Shown: positions 37,372 to 49,061 of the stretch, piece after piece
Layout: each line of letters opens with the position of its first letter
Numbering within the stretch: position 1 is the stretch's first letter
Assembly: GCA_040285855.1 (NCBI GenBank)
Contig: JAUFOQ010000002.1
Coordinates: 3,100,001-3,164,000 of the forward strand
From: Eukaryota sp. GEM-RC1
Lineage: Eukaryota
DNA length: 64,000 nt
Direction: 5' to 3'
The notes under the pieces: model-generated
Seen by the model: only the letters and a program-made list of their open reading frames with translations
Told to the model about the DNA's origin: nothing
Database searches by the model: none
Made by a program: the position numbers and the translations under genes

Positions 37372-37989
37372 AAGTAACTAATAAAATTTCGTCAAGTTAT
37401 TCTTCTTCATCTGACACATCCGTCAAAAACTCTAAAGCACGACGGCTAGAACGGAAACCAAAAAGTGTCATTCGTCAGTAATTCATCGTCCTCAAGAACA
37501 AGGTTCTAAACGTCAACAGAGACTGTATGATTTAAGTTGGGAAAAGTAGTAAGGTGAAGATGAATTGAGGAAGTCTAGGTCATCATCATAGTCACGTCTG
37601 AGCTCTACTCCTGTAACTAAATGAGAAAATCCAAGAATATCTTCAACTTCAAAGGAATCGTCAACATGTAGGAAAACAGATGACACAGCTGCTTTAAAGA
37701 GGGAAGCGATGGAAGTAAGTTGAGGAAGATCTTCAGGCAACATAGGAAACGTTGTAGTTTTAAAAAACACATTGGTTGATTGTTGTATGGATTCACTGAA
37801 ACGGTGACTGACTTGGCTAACCGGAAGAATACGGGCAAATCATGTATCAAGTGTTTGAAAGGACTATCAGGGGAAACGACATCCAACTCTAGAGAAGATC
37901 GTAAGTGACGTTTAAGCCACCGTGTGATTACAAAGATTAATAAGGACTTTTCTAGGTAAATTGGTATGAATTTTGGATGATTTAAAGAT

Positions 37990-40900
37990 GTGGATTGTGT
38001 ACCAATGCCTCAATCTCAATGGAAACGGAATCTCGCAGAAGATGGAGATGTTGAGACTAATCCCGGACCTCGCAATTCTCATGATCAATCTAGTGGTTGT
38101 ACAAAATTTCCAAAAACTGACGAAGAATGTCAAAGTTCGCAAGTAGTTGAAGGTTCAACTGGTTCTTTGAATGAATTTGAGGAAATTCCAGTTGTTAAAG
38201 GAAAAAAGGAAAAAGAATCAAGAATTCCATTTATTGACATTGCAACTGATACTGTTGTCGATGACTCCCTTCCTACAGTTTTTATAATTGATATTGAAAC
38301 AAGAAATATCAATGAGAGAATTCCTACACGAGTGAACAAAGAATTGAATGAACATCGTAGAACGGAAAAAGAGTCTTTGAAACAGAGAAGATTGTTAATG
38401 AATGATTTTGAGAAAGAAGCTCACGACCTTGATTTTCTCGCAGATCAACAAATCATCATGATCTCTGTCATTATTGCAAAATTGCAATCCAACGGTGAAT
38501 TACAATTTGACAACTCAATCGTCCTTTACACTGACTACAACTATAAAATCAAATTCAGTGAATCAGAAACACCAGCTTTTAAATTAGATCTTTTGGACTT
38601 CCCAAATGAAAACGAATTATTGGTTAAGTACGCTAATATTGTTAATCAATATAAACCAAATGCTTTTATTGGACATAATATTTTCAATTTTGATTTGCCC
38701 ATAATTGACAATAGAATGTGGGCTCTTGACCTTCCTCTTTTAACTAACCCAATTCCAATTCAGTTACCTTTACATAGTAGATGGCTGGATATCATAAAAG
38801 ATCACAATGGTTTTACAGTTTTGGATACCTTCATATTTGCAAAGAAGTATATTGGTCTCAAGTATGGTTGTAGTCTAGCTAATTTATCTTGGAATTTACT
38901 TTCTGAACCCAAATTGAAATTGGATAAAGACTTGGATCACTTACTCCCAGTTGATTGTTTAAGAAATGATAAAAGAATGAAAACTTTAATCAACTACTGC
39001 CTTCATGATTCAATTTTGGCGTTTAAATTGTTTATTTTATTTCAAAAAGACAAAATTGTTTTTCAATCATGGGCTTCTATTAAAACATCAGTTGTTAGTG
39101 TGGTAAAACATCAAGAAGTTCAAGATGCCATGCTTTTAGGATCTCAGTTTTACAATGCTTTAAGACAACAGACTACAATGTGTGTTAAAGAATATCTGTT
39201 GGCTCGCTATCGTCTTGGACAAGATTTGTCTAAGTTTGATTACAAGTTGTTTTATCATACAATGCTTTCAATTAGAAATCTTTCATCTGAAGTTCATGGA
39301 TTCAAAATATACAACAATTATCCTATATCAACAATTGATACAGATCTTCGTGATTTTGTTACTGGAGAAGGAATCTATACTGCCAATTCAAACTACCCCG
39401 GATATAAGCACTGTGTTACTGATACATTTGGCCAATGTCATATACCAGAACTGGATTTTGATCACATCAGTAGAGCTTTTGAATACACTACTCAGTATGA
39501 AATGTGGCCTGCGTTTGAACTAAATATTCGTCGCAATTATGAGTTGTACATTAAAAGATTTATCAATACAGTAATGGGTAAGAAAGAGTTTGAAAAGGGA
39601 ATGAAAGAGAGTCGTAATTTAGTTTTAGGTCCAGAACTTGCAGGACTAACAGGACGTGAAGCTCAAAAGTTCACTAGTTACTTCAGATTTCGATTAAAGA
39701 TGTTGAAAGACCAGATTTTGTATCGAGCTAGAGATGATGCCTTACACTACATTAATTCTTTTAACTCTGCCACTCACCCTGAAAATGTTAAGTTTATTGA
39801 TGAAGTTTCCAAAGTTTTTGATGATGATTTCAGTATGTTAATATTTGAACAGGTTAATTCTCTAATGGCTGATAAAATTCCAGAATTACTTCAAAGATTT
39901 AACATCATATTTCCTACTTCAATCACTACTAACGACAATGAAACTGTAGACGTTCATAATTTACTTTACACAGTTCAGGAGTATCCACTTCATTTTCTAA
40001 GAAATTCTCTTCAAATCTCAGATTACTTGGAATCCAAGGGTGCTAAGTTGTATAATGTAATTCCTTTAAGTTTAGAGAATACTCCTTGTTTTTTCCCAAT
40101 AGATACCAGAACTCTTTGGGGACTGGCTAAGCACTGTTTTGGATATAAGAATAAAGATAAGAAGATTGGTCCTTTACATTCAAAAGTGACTAATTACATG
40201 TCTGCTGATCAGATTAAAAACTTGACCCATTCTCAACAACAGGATTACTGGAAAAGATGGTTTAACTATGATGACAGAAGTTTTCACAAAGCCAATTTTG
40301 AATTCAACAACTATGCTGTAACTGATGGAATTTCGATTTGTTTTCAATTTGTGAGAAAGGATTTGAAAGGAATGAAATGTAAACCTGATTCAAGTAAAGC
40401 TTCAGTAAAAGTACAATATTTCAATGAATGTGATAGGTCTGATTTTTTATTTCTAAACAAATGGTTTATGTGGACATTGGAAAGAGAGATATGCTACAAC
40501 TTGCATCTAAATCAAATAGGGAAACTCAAAATCCTCTAAAGAAATACAACTTCTTACGATTGACATATGCTGAGTGGTCTAGAGTTTCAAGAAAGCATAA
40601 AAGAATCCACCAGTACCTTGTTAGAAGGAGATCAGGTACTACTACCGTGAGAGCAGGTGATGATATTCCATTAACTGTAACAATGAAAATTGAGAAATGG
40701 AACACTTGGTTAAGTGAAGAACAGAATTCTAAAACTGTTAATTACAATAAATTTAGAAAGTTTATTCTGGCTAAATGCATTCACTACAATGCAACTAAAG
40801 ACTTCTATGATTTGCATATATGGAGGATTCACAAAATCCAAAATCATGTCCATAAGCAAAAGACAGAGTCTAAATTGGTTAACAGCATTGTAAAAACTTT

Positions 40901-41353
40901 CGGTAGTCGTGACAAAATTGTACTATGTATTGGTGATTTAGGTCAGAAACCAATCACCAACTTAAAACACAGTCCACCATCCAGAACTAAGACTTGGACT
41001 TCATTCTTTCAGAGAAACGGTTTTTTAACAGTGATGAATGATGAGAGAAACACTTCGTCCAAGTGTCCAGAATGTCATGAAGATGTTTTTGAAACTTCTA
41101 TTGAGGTTGTCAACCCAAAGCCCAAATCAAGAGAGAAGAGAGAATGGATTCACCCACATGGCTTACTAGAGTGTAAGAGCAAACATTGTCTGGGAGAAGT
41201 CAAGAAGCGATTGAAGGGGAAAAGAAAGGGTACACAGTGCCCAGTCAAATGTATTGGAATCGAAACAAGATGGCTTGTTTGAACATGATGAACATGTTCG
41301 AGCATTGGATGAGTGGTAGTGATGAGAGAGTAGAGTATTTGTGTAGAAATTAG
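37990..41353 (+). CDS. 2A - PolB-type DEDDy 3'-5' exonuclease fused to Fanzor1 (frameshifts near 40450 and 41225)
   Basis: ExoI IIDIET (38290), ExoII GHNIFNFD (38671-38694), ExoIII YCLHD (38995-39009). In the same ORF follow Fanzor motifs NIRRNYELYIKRFIN, LYNVIPL...PIDTRTL and TDGISICFQFVRKDL; then RuvC-I VYVDIG (40473), IGDLG, DERNTSSKCPEC (E 41043), HGLLECKSKHC, and YWNRNKMACLNM...RVEYLCRN* (41249-41353). Confidence 0.88.
38014..38070 (+). other. 2A-like ribosome-skipping (StopGo) peptide 2
   Basis: SQWKRNLAEDGDVETNPG/P fits the D(V/I)ExNPG-P consensus. Confidence 0.85.
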
Positions 41354-41363
41354 CTTTATTTTT

Positions 41364-41446
41364 GTTAGCTGGCTGGTGAAACCCGGCCATATTTGGTTAA
41401 TTCCATGAAATGAATGAATTGACGAGAATCAAATCTTCTTGTTGAC
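41364..41446 (+). ncRNA. Candidate Fanzor omegaRNA scaffold (locus 2)
   Basis: Starts 10 nt after the stop. Closing stem GTTAGC/GTTGAC encloses hairpins TGGCTGG-TGAAAC-CCGGCCA (41370-41389) and GTTAATTC/GAATTGAC (41396-41423). Confidence 0.55.
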
Positions 41447-41890
41447 TTTGCCTCTAAAACTAGTATTAAGGTTCGAATATGACATAGAGGTTTATAAGGT
41501 AAAAGGAAAAGAGAATTCTAATGGTAAATAAAGCTAATAAATCAACACTGGTCTTCTCTCTTCTTCTTCAGTGTTTTGGAAATAATTCAAAATTTTGGAA
41601 AATAAGAAGATAGGTTACTTCTTATTACGTGGAGAAGAACGTTTAGGGGACTTCTGGTTCTTAATAAAGTCAAAGATTAGAATCAAATCCTCTAGATTTT
41701 TTTCGTGTTAGTACGATATTCTTCCTGAGATCCTTTTACAGTCAATAGTTCACGATACTCTTAAATTATCAGTAAATTAAGATAACAGAATAACAACTAA
41801 ATAACAACATTTGCAAAGTGATTTCAAATTTTTGGAAACACAGTTGATAACACTTTAGGAGTTTACTAAATACAATATTTGTATCGGCGA

Positions 41891-42403
41891 CAGTGTTCGA
41901 AGACACGCGTGGACACGTTTGGACACGCAGACACGTTTGGACACGGACACGGTGTCTTTTGAAAAACACGCAAAAAGACACGCAAAAAGACACCGCGTAT
42001 GTACGTGTTTTTCTGCAAAAAACCTAGAAAACTTCGAAAGTACCCTTTTATTTCCCTCAATATTGTTCGACTTGAATGTTTTTCTATATGCTATACCACA
42101 ACAGACTGCAATGCCAACAGAAAAGTGGCCAAAATACTGACATGATGCGTTGTCAAACAAACCTGGAACACAATTCAACTCAACAGAACCACAGAATCCC
42201 AGATTCAGTGATGGGATGTCAGATAAAGGCCAGAATTGGCCCAAAACAATGTTTTCATAGTCAAACTCTGTGTAGTTGACGAGAATTTTTTTTGAAAAAA
42301 CACGCAAAAACACCCAAAAGACACATCAAAGACACCGTGTGGACACGCGTGTTAACACCGACACGGTGTCTTTTAAAAAACACGTGGGAAATTTCGAACA
42401 CTG
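41891..42403. mobile_element. hAT MITE
   Basis: TIR CAGTGTTCGAA...TTCGAACACTG; 8-bp TSD ATCGGCGA (41883-41890, 42404-42411); GACAC subterminal repeats. Confidence 0.93.
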
Positions 42404-42915
42404 ATCGGCGATACATCAAAAGTAATAGCATTGATACTAAATGAAATAAAGTATGTTGATTGTCACGATTGGACCACATTGGATTACCAATTGACTCACC
42501 CCATTGAGTTATATATTGTCATCCAGAAAATGACCTAAAACAAATGGTAAGATAACTCAGTCCTGAAGAGAAAGTATATATATGCAAATTGGATTGAAGA
42601 GCACGATTTGCTTGTGCAGTTCCTTTCTCAGGAAATGACACGGATGCAGAAAGAACGTAATGATTTTGAGCATCAACAGAAGCTTGATCTGTTCAGACGA
42701 CTCGCATCATTTATGATCAACAGTAGAAAACGTCCATCGTCTGTGGCTAAATTTGGCGAGGCTGCTTTAAAACTCTTCAAAACTGTAGAGGAGAGACCAG
42801 ATCCCCATGGTCAGTCACCTAATTAGTATAATTTTTAAACAATAAATCAGTGTTCGAATCTAAAGACAACTCACAACCCAATATGAAAAAACATGGTTTC
42901 TGAAGATATATGTAT

Positions 42916-44000
42916 TTACTGAACAACTGCTCCACTAACAAAACGTTCACTGTCTAAATAAGGCGATTGGAAATATTCGTATTGTTTCCACCCACATCTG
43001 TTAAAGATTGAGGTACAATCAATATTCATGTTCACTATGACACGTTGCAAAATTGAAATTGTGTCATTAATTGTTCTTGGTGGATGATGAAAAGAAGCAT
43101 CCGCTACTCTGTTTCTGAACTGTTTAAAGAACATTTCAATTGGATTGTTCTCAGGAGTGTAAGGAGGGAGTATACGGTATTTTATACCGCAGTGGTGGTT
43201 AAGTGCTGCTTCAAGTGCAGGAGATCGATGAATGGCACACCCGTCTAACACCCATTTCGATCGAACACCATCATTATCTTGTACAAAACCTCCTAAGATT
43301 AAATCTGTTATAAAGCTCATGTATTGTAATCGTGAAAATGTCCTTTTGTATATGATGGAGTACATAACCATTTACATCTATGGCTACTATCAGACATACA
43401 GTTTCATCCATTTGAGGGGCTGGTGGAGCTGCTACGGGTGTTCCAACAGGAGAATATCCATACTGCCGTTGAAAATGGCAAGGAGTAAATGAGAGTTCAT
43501 CAATAAAGAGAAGTTGCGGTAGAAGTAAGATACCAAAGTCGGTTTGTAGTCGGTACTGAAAGCTGGTTATCAGTCTTAACCGAGCTTTGTACATCAAAGG
43601 AACACATTTCTTATGACTTAAACCATTTTTAATTATGATCCTTGGAAGCAGTTGATTTCGATATAAGAATGTCAAAAGTTGAGTAGATATACTGTTGTAG
43701 TTCGCGCAGGTAGATGTGAGGATTGTCAATGACCCAATCAACCACGGTTTTCACTTGTACTTCTGTCAGAATACGGCTAGTGCGTGTGCAGACAATTTCA
43801 TCATCAGTATCAGACATCATCTCAGTCTTCCATCGGCTAATGGTTGATTGACTGACGTGATAAAAGAACGCGATGTCATTTTGGGTGAGACCATGAAGTA
43901 GTAAGCAACTCATAGCTCTTGCTTTAGTATCAGGGCTGGCTTGAATCTTAGAAGACAAGATTTCATGTCCATTTAAGACATGGGAGTAATCAAATCCCAT
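42916..44000 (-). mobile_element. IS630/Tc1-mariner superfamily transposase, DD35E, frameshifted
   Basis: HTH (LTQNDIAFFYHVSQSTISRW; NPHIYLRELQ), LLFIDE, VLDGCAIH...LPPYTPENNPIE with 35 residues between D and E; spread over three overlapping frames; TIRs not found. Confidence 0.88.
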
Positions 44001-44142
44001 TATTTAGACAGATTCAGCTTATCAGAGAAGATGGAAACTTTTTGGGAAAAGGGAGAAAATGGGGCAAAAGAAAAACCGGAATATTTACCAGAATTAAGAC
44101 CCACTGTCTGATTCAGTTAACTTATTTTCCACTCTAACATCC

Positions 44143-45272
44143 ATGTCTGACTTCGAAGAATTTGATCGCGAACAAGAAGAGTTCCAGGAAATGACTCTTG
44201 ATGATCCTACCACTATTACTTATTATAAGACAGCATCAGACATCTCAAATGCTGCACTTGAACGAGTTCTTTCAGCAGTGAAACCCGGTTCCTCAGTGGT
44301 CGATCTCTGTCGCCTTGGTGATAGCGCTATCGTGGAACTTTGCTCTGCTGTTTTCAAAAGAAGAAGGACATCGTCAAGGGTATTGCTCACCCCACTTGTG
44401 TTTCTGTGAATAGTCAAGTCAATTACGTTTCTCCTAGCCAAAGTGATGATGCCATCATCAATGAAGGTGATGTGGTAAAAGTGTATCTTGCTGCTCACAT
44501 CAACGGTCTTGCTTCTCACGTTGGACAAACCATTGTCTGTCTTGCCGATCTAGCTTCCCCAGTGATTGATCGCAAAGCCGATGTCCTCTGCGCTGCCCAC
44601 TTTGTTTCCGAAGCCGTGTTACGAAAGCTCCGCCCCGGTGTCACTAATACCGACATTGAATCCATTGTCCGTAAGGTCGCTGAAGAGTTTGACTGCCACC
44701 CAGTAGAAGGCCAGATCTCCTACGAAGGTGCTCAGTGGACCATGGAAACCAACCGTGTTATTCCTAGTGCTCTCACCCCTGATCAACGTGTTGATAGCTA
44801 TGAACTAGAGGAAAACACCGCCTACCATATGTCCTTCTTCATCTCCACTGGAGAAGGTAAGTCTCGCCAAGCCGATAACCGAACAACTATCTACAAGCGT
44901 GACCCCAACACTCTCTACAACCTCAAGATGAAGACATCTAGACAGGTGTTCAACGTCATTATGAACCAGTTCAATGACTTTGCTTTCTCTCTTAGACAAT
45001 TGGACGATATTGACTCCAAGCTCCGATTGGGTATTCCCGAGTTGTCCAAGCATGATATGATTTACCCGTACCCTGTTGAAGAAGAAAAGGATACCAATGC
45101 TTTTGTAGCACAGGTCTCCTTCACTGCTTTAATTCTACCTAAGCAAACCCAGAAGCTTCTGACAGTTTCTCAACCTAATGTTGTTTCTTCATCGAAGGAA
45201 ATTAAGGATGCTGAGATTGTTGAACTTTTGGCAACTGAAGTGGAGAAAAAGAAGAAAAAAGTAGTAGTTTAG
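44143..45272 (+). CDS. PA2G4: Proliferation-associated 2G4 / EBP1 (M24 fold), frameshift near 44360
   Basis: YKTASDI..., LCRLGD, KGIAHPTCVSVN, RKADVLCAAH, RTTIYKRD..YNLKMKTSR. Confidence 0.93.
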
Positions 45273-45360
45273 TGTTTTTCAAATGGTTTTAATAAAACAG
45301 TTTAGTTTTGAGAGAGATAATTCACAATTATTAAACGCTGCCAATTTTAATCTACATTAC

Positions 45361-46120
45361 CAGGAGTTGGAAAAATTGCATTGCCAATTAATTGTTCTCA
45401 GTTTTTCAGAGACAATGAATTATTGCAATTATCACATGTGCTACAATTAATTGGGCAATTAATTGGTCTGTGATAAAGTGACCATTTGCAGTTAAAAGAA
45501 AGTTCAAAAGTTTGTTCTTTATGATAACAAAACTAGTTTTTCAGTGTACAATCAGTGTTCATCAACGTCTTGCAGGATATTGTGCGCTTAATACCGGAAA
45601 ATTACCTATTGAGTTCGTTTTCTACAAAGTTGAACGGTCTGAGGCCTTTAATAACCAACTTCATTCATTTAAAGTATTCTGAGTATTTGTCTTCAATTAC
45701 AAATGTGCCAAGAGTGCTCATTTGCCTTTCATCAAGTCATTGTGCTCCTGTTGAAAATTAACATGCTTTGTTCTCAGATGGTTGGAAAGATTTGTTCACA
45801 CGTTACCTTTCAATATCATTGCTTTGCACTTACAAGTGTAGTGTTGCCCTTTGACGTGAGCACTTTTTCCAGAATCGGACGGAGAAAAGAAAGTCAAGCA
45901 CAGAGTACGATTGTCTGTAGGTAAAGGAAGGAAAGTGTTTTATTGTACATCTGCATTCTGTTATCTGTTTGTAATTTCTATTCATTTCGTGCATTTGAAA
46001 CCCCCGTGATAATTGCAATTAATTGCCCAATTAATTGTCGTCCTATTTTAGGGCCAATTACTTATTGCAATTAATTAATTGGCAATAATTTAATTGGCAA
46101 TGCAATTTTTCCAACTCCTG
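45361..46120. mobile_element. hAT MITE
   Basis: Perfect 30-bp TIR CAGGAGTTGGAAAAATTGCATTGCCAATTA; 8-bp TSD TACATTAC (45353-45360, 46121-46128). Confidence 0.95.
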
Positions 46121-46360
46121 TACATTACTATTTGAACTATGAAAGTACACGTACACTGTATTCATGAACAGAAACATCAATTAAAAGTTGTTTGAGAAAA
46201 CTGTACGCGTTAAACTCTAGAGTCACTTTTCAAGGGTTGATGTCACATGTACTTGTACATTAAATAGCATAGTCAAATTATTTAAATATTTGATCACTTG
46301 AAATATGATATATTTATTAATACAAACAAAAGCTAACAAATTCCATCGTTATAATACAGC

Positions 46361-48982
46361 TCAAGACAACATTGATGACAATTGAGCTTTCCAATCATCT
46401 TCTGCTTGAACAACATCCTGATTATCAACAATTCTTCTATCCTCAAAAACTCTAGAACTATCCATCGAAACATCTTCATTATTAGAAGTCAAAGTGAGCG
46501 AAGACAAAGACTCTGGAAACTTCAACAAAGTATTAGGAGTGAAAGTACATTGGGAGAGTTCCTCCTCTTCTTTAAGTCTGGTTTGTTGTTCAATCCAATG
46601 ATTCTTTTTCTTAGCTTCATCAATCAAAATATCTTCAATAGGCACGTGTTGATTAGGTCTACGCTTCGTGGCAAGTTCAGCAGACTTGGGATTAATGTTA
46701 GGGGCAAATGAAGGTTCAGGTTCTAGCTCTGAAGATGGAGATTCATTCTTTTTGGTTAAAACGCCAGAATTAAGGTAGCTTCGGGGACCCCAACGATGTT
46801 CAGTTAATTGTTCATCCATTAAACAAACAAAATCAGCAAACGTGATCAATTCCTTATCACTTGCCTTTAACAGAGGGTAGAGCTCAGATGCAACGTCGAG
46901 GGGTAACAAAGCAGAACTTTCATCAATCAATTGAGGGTTAATAACCCCATCACGATCAGTATCAAGACAATCAAACACCTCCTTCAATCGTCTAGCACGG
47001 AGCTCATTCACTATTTTAGCTGAATTTGGTGCTAAATGACTAGATGTCGCCTTCTTTCGAGCAACAGTAGCATCAATTACAGACAGTCTACTCTTAATAT
47101 CCTCCATCTCATACTTGTTCATAAACAGCCAATCTCCAATGTCCAATCCTTCAGAGTTTCTTCTCTTTGGAGATCTACCAGTAATAGGAGTGAAGAGAGG
47201 TTGCCCTGTTGCGGGATCAATGTTGTTGTGGATCTGACGACGAAGTTCTTCAACGTTAGTATCAGTAATTCTCTTAGAGTTCACCAGACGATTGATGAGC
47301 TCTTCACGACTCTCTTTCTTTTGCTGTTTCGACACAATCTGAGGCTTAAAGGTAGCTTGTTCGGGAAACCATTGTCCGTACTCCCTCATTCGCTCTCCTC
47401 TTCTAGTAGCATCTCTATACAATTGGTCGGAATGTTGGGAGGGAGAAATAGTCTTACCCTGTTGAAGCTTCAGCACTAACTTCTCAGATCTCTTGTTGAT
47501 AGCAGGTTTGAAAGGACAATTCTTCTTATTCTCTTCATCAGCTTTCGACACCAACTGTTCCTTGTTTTGCTTCATCGTGTGACCTTCAGGATCTATAATT
47601 CTCTCCCATGTCTCAACCCCTTCTCTAGTAATAGACCTACAAGTCTTAGATGTCTTTGGTCTCAGAGTGAGGTTGGGATCGGGCTCTTCCTTTCCGCACG
47701 GTCTTTGGCTTGTTGTTCTCTAGTCTTACGAAGTTGAACACCTTGTTGATACAGGCGTTCACCGTAGTTATCAAACTCAGCACCGTAGTTAGCTACAAGT
47801 TCACGACTCTTCTTGGACATCATCATTGGCGGTTTCTCAGGTTGTTCTTCCTTGATTGGTTCAGGTGAGGGTCGGTTACGTGATGTTTGATAGAGACGGT
47901 CAAAAACAGTGCCACCATCATTCTGAGCCATTTTACGTGATCGTGATAGAATGGTTGGACTGTAGGTCCCAGATCCCTGTTCTTTCACTGCCTCCTTTCT
48001 CTTCTTTTCACGAGACAATGGGATATCGTGAACTAGTGCATCTAAACGACTGCTCTGACCGCTCTTTCTTGAGTATTTTGACTTGGTTGACTTAGAAGTT
48101 TTAGTAGAGGCCACGCTCTGGGTATCAGGTTCTTTAAGATTCTGTACATTTTCCTTGATTTTTAGAGATAGTGGGCCAATAACATCCTTGGGTAGGCTGT
48201 GAGCAACACAAAACTCACGAGCAAGCTCATAATGATTAGAGAACTCCTTAACTTCGATTGAAGCGACACGGCCATCACCTATATCAACAGTCATAATGAG
48301 GATGACCTTGCCAGAACCTCGTGATCCAACTATTCCAGACTTTGGAGAGCGCGAAACGGAAGGAGAAGGTCTAGGCGAAGAGGAATAGGACTGAGGAGAG
48401 CGGACAGTTTCGACTAAGTCTCGTTTTGGTGTTCCTGCATTGGGGGACATTATAGCAGATTGTTCAGCTCGAGACATAGTGTTGGTTAGCTTACGTAACG
48501 CGGAAGCTTCGGTACGACGTCGTTTGGTTTCTTCCAGATCACGTTTTCTTGCTTCAACTTCACGGAGCCATCGGGCACGTTCTTCAGCTTCTGCGGCTAG
48601 GGTTTGTCTTTTGATTTCTTCATCTACGAACTCAGAGGTGTTTTGACTGCTGATGTCCGTGCTATGGTCTTTTAAGAGTTGGTCATCAAGTTGTTGTTGA
48701 TTAGCAGTAGCTTCAAGAAGAGCAGCTTCAGAACGGATACGTCGTTCTTCATCCATGAGAAAAGTTTGATTGATGAGATAAGCTCGGTCAGCTTCACGCT
48801 TGAGAAATTCAGCCTGTTCTTTTTTCTAGACGAGCACGCTCTTCCTGCGCAATTGCCTGCTCTTCTAAGCAAAGGACTTGGAGTTCGTATCGACGGGCTT
48901 CAGCAAGTTCTGCAGCAAGATTACGTGCCTCTTCTTCCCGGGCTCTTTCAGCCTCACTCATAAGAATGCTAAGATCTGCCAT
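46361..48982 (-). CDS. Large coiled-coil / EF-hand protein with repeated (C)xFxPxI motifs (frameshifted)
   Basis: Three abutting ORFs (48809-49093 from ATG 48982, 47662-48756, 46361-47575); CPFKPAIN, TFKPQI, SFAPNIN, CTFTPN; EF-hand FDCLDTDRDGVI. Confidence 0.65.
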
Positions 48983-49061
48983 GAGATATGGTCGAGATAA
49001 GAGATTGGTTTGGAGCGGTGGAAATCTTTTCAAGTCCGCTTCAAAACAACTCTCATTGTTC

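Noticed and set aside
38278..39030. DNA polymerase B gene of a Polinton or giant virus
   Set aside because: Only the exonuclease domain is present; no polymerase motifs, capsid, packaging ATPase or integrase were recognised nearby.
44060..44110. ...TTAAGACCCACTG as a TIR of the IS630/Tc1 element
   Set aside because: Not followed by TA, and no matching inverted copy found by eye.
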